Assembly (NCBI RefSeq): GCF_036321535.1
Contig: NC_087436.1
Coordinates: 53,446,001 to 53,510,000, forward strand
Direction: 5' to 3'
Source of the DNA: Camelus dromedarius
Taxonomy: Eukaryota
DNA length: 64,000 bases
Both the position numbers and the translations under genes were made by a program. The notes beneath the pieces were generated by a model that saw only the letters and a program-made list of their open reading frames with translations, was not told the DNA's origin and made no database searches. Positions 53,694 through 64,000 of this stretch are shown here, piece by piece. Each line of letters begins with the position of its first letter. Position 1 is the stretch's first letter.

Positions 53694-54002
53694 CAGGGGC
53701 TGTGCTGGCCAGCACAACAGCAGCTGGGTGTGTGCGGCTACTGAGCACCTGAGAAGTGGCGAGTCAGAACAAGATGGGCTGCGCTGTGAAAACTATGACT
53801 GTTTCAAAGACAAAGGGGGCACATAATACACCTCAGCAGTTTTCACACTGATTAAATGTGGAAACGCTAAGATTTTAAATGTAATGGACTAAGTAAAATA
53901 TAAAATGAACTTCACATATTTCTTTTCACTTTCTGAATATGACCACTATAAATTTTAATATTACATATGTGCCTCGTAATATATTTCCACTGGACAGCAC
54001 TG
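53694..54002. mobile_element. MER3/MER33-like hAT remnant
   Basis: tgtgcggctactgagcacctgagaagtggc...atatttccactggacagcactg resembles the MER3 family. Confidence 0.55.
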
Positions 54003-54883
54003 TCACAGAAAATCCAAGTTCCACTCCTGTTTCTGCCACTGGTTCATAGTTCTAGAAAAGTTACAACTCCCACTCGTCTCATGGTTTCAGCCTCAACATA
54101 CCTCACTCAACATGTACATTATCTGATGACACTACAGCAGATCTATTGCTAAGTACTTTTACAAAAATGTGTACCTGCTCTGCCACCTCCCCCAGAGAGT
54201 CACCATGATACACATTCTAAAGGTACAAGAGTATCATCATTACTTTCCCACCATAATGACATATATAAAGAAACAAAACAAACTCTCATCTAACAAGGAC
54301 TTCCCTTACACAGAAGGGGTGGAGGGAAGTTACACAACAATTTCCTGGTCCTGCCCTCAGGCTAGTTAGGAATATGGAGTTACCAGCCAAAGCAGGGATC
54401 ATTTACATTTCAAAAGACCTCTGTCATACAAAGGCTCTCTTAGCAGCTACCTTTAACACTTCCCTAAAGGAAGCACAACATAGTATAATTTATCTAAACC
54501 CGATTAACACTTGGCTTTTCATAAACACATCAAATGGGTGAAATGAAGTATACTTGGTCCTTGCTTCTTTCTTCAGAATTGTTATATTTCTAATTAAATA
54601 GTTTACCACGTTCATCAAATTGTGCATGTGAAACGAGTAGTTTACTGTACAGGAACCATACCACAATATGGCATTAAAAAATTTTTTTAATAGTTTAACA
54701 CGAAACTCAAGTGGCATCTCTTGTGTATCTCAGTTGTATCTCATCATCACTGACCCATATCTCCTTCGTCCATAAATTCTATCTCCTTCAAAGTCTCTCT
54801 TTATCTAATCCATACCTAACCCTGAGTTTGTCACCTGTGCGAGTAAGGGGCTTTTCTTCATCCCCTCCCCGCCGACTATCTTT

Positions 54884-54908
54884 ACACACACACACACACA
54901 CACACACA
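54884..54908. repeat. (AC)n microsatellite
   Basis: Directly visible. Confidence 0.95.
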
Positions 54909-56641
54909 TGTGAGCACATATGCTCAGAATAGCGACTTCCTTTCTGTGAAAGGGGATGAATGTCAGGTGATCACAGGACTTACCAGGAAGAAATAAGGTC
55001 AGCTACTTTTTTTCTGTTGCTAGCTTTTATTTCAAGCTCAATTCCAGCTGAAACAAAAAGGACTGTGTGGCCTGCTAATAAACGCTTACTGATACATGTC
55101 AAACGCCGTGCTTTGAGCGACTCCTCTAGCTGCCCCTGTTGAGAGGTTTCTCACTCCGCTCCCTTTCTCTTCACAACTACTGACAACCTGGAGTTTACTA
55201 CCTCACAGCTGGGTTCCGGCAGCAACTGTGCACTGGGCTGACCAGCTCACACCTGCAGTACGTTCTAGACACCATTGCCAAAGTTATCTTCCCAAAATAG
55301 CAACTTAATCTTGCCATTCTTCTGCCAAAAAGTGTTCTGCAAATCCCTACAAATGAAGTCAAATATCCTCAGCCTGGCACTGCCTATTTCTAGTTCTTTA
55401 CACATAATTCTCAGCCCAAGCTTATCTTGTCTCTGTTCGGTCTCAACGTGAAGCACCTATTCTAGTCATGCTTCCCTACGGCCTGGAATGCTCTTCCTCA
55501 TCTTCTCCAGCAAACCAAAATCTCATTCTCTCTCTATTTCTCTCACAAGACCCAGCACCAAACTGCTTCAGTCCTTACGAGGCAGTACAGCAGAAAAGAC
55601 TGACTTGAGAAAACCACAGAACCCAAGTAGCAACCCTGGCCCTGGCACTGACTGGCTAATTTGTGACACCTTGGATAAATAAATCACTGCCCTAAGCACC
55701 GAATCTGACTCTTAAAACAGGGCTAAGAAATTATTCGTAGAGTTGTGATGATCAAATGAGATAATGTATATCATCACCGCCATCATTACAATCATTCTAA
55801 AAGTTAACTTTAAGTGCGTCCATGTCCTCTCTCACTTAATCTTAGTAACAGTTCTAGGAGAGGTGCCATTCCCTGCTACTGTACAGATGAGAAAACATAA
55901 ATACAGATACATCAAAGTGTCTATGTGGCTACGGCTCCTATATGTTTGTTAAATTCCTCCTTAAGTCACTTAACTGTGGACAGCTTTCATTTCCAGCACT
56001 AAATAACAGACTTATCCCTGCATGTCTTATCTCTCCAAGAGAAACGTTTCTAAAAGACATTCACTACCCAACACTCCCTCTGTTCATCTATTAGACAGCA
56101 CTGAGCTTGAGGAGACGTACTTGTCTATTCCCCTCTGTTTATACTAGCAAATAACACAGTATCTGACATACACCAAGAACTCAATCAACCAAGCTGAACC
56201 AATTTCATTTAAGGAACAGGGATACACACGGACTGTTGTCTGTTGACCAAAATGACTAGTTTCCTTTTCTTGCAGAGTACTCAGCTGGATTACACTTCCC
56301 CACCTCCCCTGCAGTTAGTGTAGCCATGTGACTGAACTCCTGCCAATGAAAAGTAAATGTATGTGATTTATGCCAAGTCCAGGCTGTCTCGTTAAGACCT
56401 CCCAAGCACACCCCTCCGTGCCTCTCCCCTCCTCCCTCCTCAATAACTACAGGATTAGGAGGGTAAGTCCCAAAGTGACCCTGACCTTTAGGTTGAAAAT
56501 GACAGAGCCTGGGTCACAGCATAACCATCCCGCCCACCACACCGCTACAGTGACCAAACACACACGCTCTGGACTGTTATGTGAGCAAGATATGAATGTG
56601 TATTGTGTGTATACACTTTGGGGCTCTATGTAAAACAGCTA

Positions 56642-56935
<294 letters not shown>

Positions 56936-57917
56936 TTACTAAGCAATCACTATCTATGCCAGGAACCTTTCTGAATGCTTTATATACCTACATGCCGAAA
57001 TTTTCAAGATGAGGAAACCGAGGCAGAGAGAGGCTAAACTGAGGCTCCGCTCAGCAGTGTGGCACCTCCTCCTTTGGTGCAGAAGAGGAGGACATGTGTG
57101 CAGCACAAAGGGGTTGGGAGGGGCACTGTTGCTCTCTGAATAAACAAGAGAATGGAAAACACATTCTCTTCCTCGCCTTCCCTAAGGTCAGTGTGCTCTT
57201 CTGTTAATGCGAGAAGAGATACGAACGGAAAGAGCACGGGAGAAATAGGAATTTCTAAAAAGTAACTTGATTTGTCCTGTTTCAGTCCGGTCAAGTCTTC
57301 AAAGAATTACTTCCCCAGGCTTCTTTATTCCCATAAGAGTGGTTCTCAGATTATTCACAGTTGCCTCTGCAGAAGGTCTTGGGAGCAGGGTATATATGGA
57401 AAGGTATTTCTCAGAATATACTTCCTGCCCTGTTTAATTTTTATGACTTTTATTACTGTTTAAATAAAAACCGAAAGTGGTTCTTATTGCTATGATGGCT
57501 CTCCTAGCACTGGGACCCCAGGATCTAGGCACTGGCAGACTCCTGGGGAGCCAACTCATGATTCTGGGGCTCCTCCCACTCCCTAGTCTGCTCTGCTGCC
57601 TACCTCATTTCCAACCTGAAGTTCAGGTACAACTTACCCTCTCCAGCCAATCAAATTCCTGGGCAATTGACTCAAGGAATCATTTTAATTAACATTTACT
57701 TGCTTTTAACAAGATGTCCCAGCCTGGCATTTTCGAGGTCAGGAGGTTAATGTTTTTGATGAACGTGCCGACTTTCATAATGACTTTCCTACACCCAAGC
57801 CTTCCTACCAGCCCCAGTTGGTGGGGAAGGAAAGCCAAAATTTTAGCTCACGTTGCACAACATACAATAAAGAAAATCCCTGTGCAACAACAATGAGGGA
57901 GGGTGAGAGACTTCTTC

Positions 57918-58108
57918 CTAATTCTCAAACTGGAGGCAGTTCTGGTCCCGAGGGTACACTGCACAGCATCTGGAGGCATTTCTGGTTGTCACATCTAGCG
58001 GCTGGAGACCAGGGATGATGCCAAGTGTCCTACAGTCCACAGGGCAGGCTCCTACAACAAGGAAGTGTCAGGCCCAAAAGCCATTAACATGTAGGCTGAG
58101 AAGCCCTG
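57918..58108. mobile_element. MER20 hAT remnant
   Basis: ttctcaaactgg...tctggaggcatttctggttgtcaca...gaccagggatgatgcc...gctgagaagccctg resembles MER20. Confidence 0.7.
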
Positions 58109-59477
58109 TTCTGGAAGCCAATTTCAACAGTGGGTCAAGCCGTCTGGAGTTCTGTGCCAGGGTGGGCAGCCAAATTATTGGAAAATATAGGGCAGGAATA
58201 AAATACACAAAGGTGTTAATAGCACTCTCCAGAGATTAAGCAACTTTTGTTCTTTCCTGTCTGCTGTTATGATGACTCTGCTTTCTGGTAGTTGGTTTAG
58301 CAAATTTTATTCCTGTGTATTTGTAAAACCGCATTCTAGCTGTCTGGTTGTTTTGATCAACTCACAGAAAAGCAAAAAGTATATAAACACTGAACACATT
58401 ATCTGGCAAAAACTCTAAAAACTATTTAAAACTAAAGCTTCCACAAATGAGAAATTAAACATTAAAGTTCTCATCTCATAATAGCACCCAGAATATTAAA
58501 GTTTTTAAATATAATGAACAGTGAATAATAAAGAGAATGAAATCTCACATATTGATACATGAAAATAGTCACATGCTTTCATTTTTCATTCCTCCAACTT
58601 TATTAAATTAATAAAAATTTTATCCTTTATGGATGTTGAGTGGCCTAAAAACAATAAAAATAATGGATCTATGTTGTAAGAGATAACTCTGCATTTGCCT
58701 AAGAATAAGAACCCTGTCCTGTCCAATACACTGCTGAAGATCTATCAGGTTGATTTACTGGGGGGGAGGGGGAATACATTGAACAATAAAGTTGAAATGC
58801 TGGGGATTTCAACTGAAAAGTTCTTTGCCCTCAAACTGTCCTTTGTAATAGTCTGTTAACACTTGTAACAAGGCTTTCCTTCTCTTCCCTCACAAGATAT
58901 AGCATAAATGAACAAAACCTGGAAGAACTGTTTGTCTGGACAAAGACAGTGTGAGAAAAAACCTACAGCAATATACTGCTAACCAAAGATATGATTCACT
59001 ACAATAGTAAGATTCCTGGAAAACACCAAAATCCAAATCCAGGAGGGGAACAGTTGTAGAAATTTTTGTACTACAGAATATAATATGCAGCCATTAAAGA
59101 ATGGAGCAGATCTATGCACCCAGATATGTATATATGCTAATTTGGAAAAATCTATAAGATATTAGTAGTTGAAAAAGTACCAAATTACAGAATACTACAA
59201 TGTTTTATGATTCCACTTAACCTAAATAAACACATAGTTATGTGTGTGTGTTAATGCACAGAGGAGAAAAAAAATCTAAATGTTAAAAGTGAGCATCTCT
59301 GGAGAAAAGAGAGATAAAAAGGAACAAGAGACAAGAGGAAAGGACGATCACTCATTTCTCTCTCATAATCCTAATGTTTTCTTTTAGTTTTTTACAATGA
59401 GAACATAATACTAACAAAAGAATTTTTAAAAGTAGGAGAAAAGCTGTACTCAAGAACTATCTTCACATTCCTCCTCA

Positions 59478-59867
<390 letters not shown>

Positions 59868-61348
59868 TCACTTCAAAGTTGAAGTCAAGTTTCGGTAACA
59901 TGACAGAATCAAGCAGCTTAATGAGAAGGTAACTTCTGCATTCACAAATGACAGCAGCAATACATACTCAGTGTTCAACAGTCACTTCTTGTCTGTAATG
60001 CAGCTAAACTCACCGTGGAAAGCAGGGCCGTGGTCACGCAGCCCAAGCCAGACGGCAGGCTGCAACACTCTTACAGCCGTGACTAGATCACTTATGGCAG
60101 AAGAAAACTGTCCAGGATACATTCGTGTAAGATCAATAACCTGAATTAATAACATTAAATGAAGGACTCTGCTACAATGTGATGCTGAACAGAAAATACT
60201 GCTTTCACTGATTATCTTTAACGGGTTTTTCCTCCTCCTAGTGAATCAATAAACCGAAAAATTTATACTATTCTATACTTATTTTTCAAAAACTTATTTG
60301 CCTTTCACTTACCTGTGACTACTCATCCTTCTCTTTGTCTCCATGTCTAAAAGCACAGGTTGCTACAACACCACTAAAACACACTAAATGTATATACTAC
60401 ACTAAAGAGAACAGTAAATGAGCATTTTCAAACCATGAATTTTCAGTCAATTTACAATATCGCAGTATAGGTTTGTTGGCTCTAGCGCAATACATACGTT
60501 CCTTAAAAACCTCACACATTATGCATGTAATAAAAATAATAGGGCTTATATGAAAAACAGCACTGAGCAGACCCCTCAGAACCTATGGAAATTTATAAAT
60601 AGATACTCTAACTGAAGCCATAACATTTCATATAAAAACAGCGTCAGTTAGGTCTCCGTGATCATTCACAGCCAGCATCAGGGCCGGTTCATTCTCGGTA
60701 GCCTTTAACATCTGGGCTCATGCTTCCTTGTTTGATATATACATCTCTGAAGATACATGATTACTAAAGAGACCAAGTTCATCACTATCAAAAATACCAT
60801 TGAAGGGAGCCTTCTTCATCTAATTTTTTTTATATCACAGGGGGAAATAAGCATCTTGGCAGCTGCTTTCTCTGCACTTGCAGCTTCCCAAGACAGCTTT
60901 ATATAGTGCCACTTTAATACAGAAAGTGACACTAAAGCCACTTTCTGAACTTCTCACATCAAGGACAGTACTTTTGCAGAACTTTTAGCTTTCGTCTTAA
61001 TGTCTTCATATATTACTAATGATTTTTCTTTACCTGTAAGAAAGATTGCCCTAACTAATCTCTTCAAAACCAACAGTGAACTGAAAGAAAAAAGAAACCT
61101 AAAATCCCACTTGAATCAACATTACTTCCACATTTCACTGACATCTTTCCCCTAATTACCCATCACATATGATCATCTGCATGAAAGAACCTGTAGCAAA
61201 CACTTCATACTAGAAGTTATCTTGAAAGCAGTTAAGTATCTTCAAACCATAAAAAAGGTTTTCCTAGACTTTAGATTTATTTTAAATTTTAAATACAAAA
61301 AAATAAGTTAAAGACTGGAAGAAATGAAGAAAATGCAATTCACTATCA

Positions 61349-61573
<225 letters not shown>

Positions 61574-62605
61574 CTATAATAAAATACAGAGAAGATAATC
61601 TGGAATGTGCAAAAGAAAAAAATTAATCTGTAAGCAATTAACCAGACATTAAAATTTTAAAAAATGTGAAAAAATTTGCTGTATAAATGCTACTAATGAC
61701 AAACTTATTTAATATTTTATTTTAGAAACAGTAGTAGATATTACCTCTTAAACAGTATACAACAGGATTTGTAACAGTCAGACCTTAGGCAAACCAGTTT
61801 AATGGTTGCAAAGTAAAAGCAAACTCACATATTACAAATGTTACTATATGAAGATTCTAGTTTAGAATTACCTACTCCTTATTGAAAAATATATTGTTTA
61901 AAGTAAATATTAGCATGCATATTTAATGTAATTATAATTTCTTCTATTAAAAGCAAGCCTCTATCCCTACGACGAAAAAAAGCAACACTAGTATAACTAA
62001 GAGATGGCAAAGTATTTCCAGAGGCATTGTAACCACTACATTCACGTGGAACAACAAAGGAACCTCTGAGAAAATGATCTAGTCTCCCATAAACAAGTCC
62101 TATTTTACTTGGATGTTTTTATGCAGTGGTAGTCATAGCATACATAATTTCTCTTTCCATATTGCCACACAATCTTCAGACTAATAATTTTTAAATAGTT
62201 GCATACAATAGAATTTATAGAATGTACTATAATTTTATTGGCATGTCTATTATTGAAAATTCAAAATAAGTTCCCTCAATTACAAAAAAAATTACAATCA
62301 ATAATACATGCCTATAAATTTTCCTTTATTCAACGACACACTACTGTATTTCTCACAGCAGTATAAATAGTCAAGAGCATAAAGAAGCAGATTGTGTTGA
62401 CTGAAAATGCCAACTCCGTTACTTACAGGCTGTGTAACACTGGGCAACTGAACCTCTCTCTGCCTCAATTTCCTTATCTAAAAGATGGAGATGAGTAGCA
62501 TCCACCACATGGAGTTGCTGGGGAGACTGAGTTAGTAAAAGCAGCATGTAAAAGAGCACCTGGCCTACAGGAAGCGTTCACACTGCTATCAGTGCATACT
62601 ATATA

Positions 62606-62950
62606 CAGCAGAGCCCAAACAATGCAGGGGCGGGGGGCAGGGGGGCGGTTAGGGACACTGACCCCCTGGGCAGTCAAAAATCCACATAAAATTTGCCTCC
62701 CTCAAAACTTCACTAATACCCTACTGTTGACCAGAAGCCTTACCAACAACAGAAACAAGTCAGTTAACGTATTTTTTATGTTATATGTAGTATATACTGT
62801 ATTCTTACAATAAAGTAAGCTAGAGAAATTATTTTAAAAATTGCAAGGAAGAGAAAATATATTTACAGTACATACATGTATTTACTGAAAAAAAATCCAC
62901 ATATAAGTGGACCCATGTAGTTCAAACCTGTGTTGTTCAAGGATCAACTG
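62606..62950. mobile_element. Tigger2-type short DNA transposon
   Basis: Right end gttcaaacctgtgttgttcaaggatcaactg|ta; internal ctactgttgaccagaagccttacc; left terminal repeat degenerate. Confidence 0.75.
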
Positions 62951-63715
62951 TATTTTATAAAATATAGAACTGTATTTTATAAAATATGGAACATTCCAAA
63001 AATCAGGATTTATAAAACTCCAAATAAAAAAAATTTTTAACATTTTTAAAGCTCAAGACACACTGTCAAATTTCCTTTCAAAAGGATTGTCCCAATTTAC
63101 AATAACACCACGTTTAAAAAAAAAAAAAAAAAGGACCAATTTCACATAGGCAATGGACATAAACACCGAACTTACGGCTTGCATCTGTTTGACTACCACG
63201 GCAGGTTTAACTAGTTTTCCATGTGATTTACTAACTAGTTATTGCTCTCCTATTATGAACAACCTAATCATATCAAGTGTAAACTCATCTACTACAGTGG
63301 TTTAAGGTCTCTCCTTGGTGGACATGCAATCTTTATTTAAAAAGTATCCCTCTATCATATTTACTACAAATATGTATCTGGTCTATTTACAGCCTTGGTA
63401 TTGTAGATACAAAAGGGAACTTTCTCTACTAAAGTAGTTTCAAAAGTAATATTCTTTCTTATTTCAGAATACTTGATGCATGTGGTGGCATGATTTACTT
63501 AAAGCACTAATAATATTATTCCTCTTATAAAAGCTCAACTAAAATGTTATGAAATGTGAGGTTTCAAGCTTACCTCAGACCTCAATATCATAGATACTTA
63601 AAAATGGGAATAATGACTACTGAATATTTTCTATATTTGAACCAAAATAAAAATCTGCTTTCAAATTAGCTTGACCAAGTGTAGCTATTCAGAACTTATG
63701 TGTACTTAACTTTTA

Positions 63716-63862
<147 letters not shown>

Positions 63863-64000
63863 TTAAAAAAAACAAACAAACACTTCATACATTCAAGAAA
63901 TGAAACAAACAGGAATGAGTACCCTTTGCACTACCTTAGATCTTGTGGGATACTGATAAAATGAATCTCACCTTGAATATTATAATCCTGAATTTTCATT

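Noticed and set aside
60460..61060. Possible further Tigger-type transposon fragment in a METAP1 intron
   Set aside because: Resemblance too weak to set family or boundaries without a repeat search

Overview
Mammalian genomic DNA from the end of the ADH cluster, not prokaryotic. tRNA-derived SINEs resembling camelid Vic-1 suggest a camelid, by inference. The + strand carries exons 2-9 of an intact class II alcohol dehydrogenase (ADH4, coding 2233-17940; exon 1 lies upstream of the window) and the complete 9-exon class III ADH5/GSNOR gene (31160-41156, 374 aa) with a CpG-island promoter. The - strand carries the last six coding exons of METAP1 (63859-50493), convergent with ADH5. The most unusual element is a decayed processed DNMT1 pseudogene in ADH4 intron 8 (~13095-16765) that does not look like a copy of ordinary somatic DNMT1 mRNA. 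Its first ~80 nt are not somatic exon 1. It carries an extra in-frame 39-nt (13 aa), MaLR-LTR-like cassette at a probable exon junction. Its coding homology stops at a splice-donor-like GTCAGC and runs on into non-coding sequence, before the catalytic domain. It may be a fossil of a germline/oocyte DNMT1 isoform. Other observations: a solo LTR ~550 bp upstream of the ADH5 ATG, a CAA>TAA change shortening METAP1 by two residues, and several ADH4 substitutions at usually conserved positions. Orthologue and repeat-family comparisons are from memory, not from searches. No CRISPR or other prokaryotic system is present.
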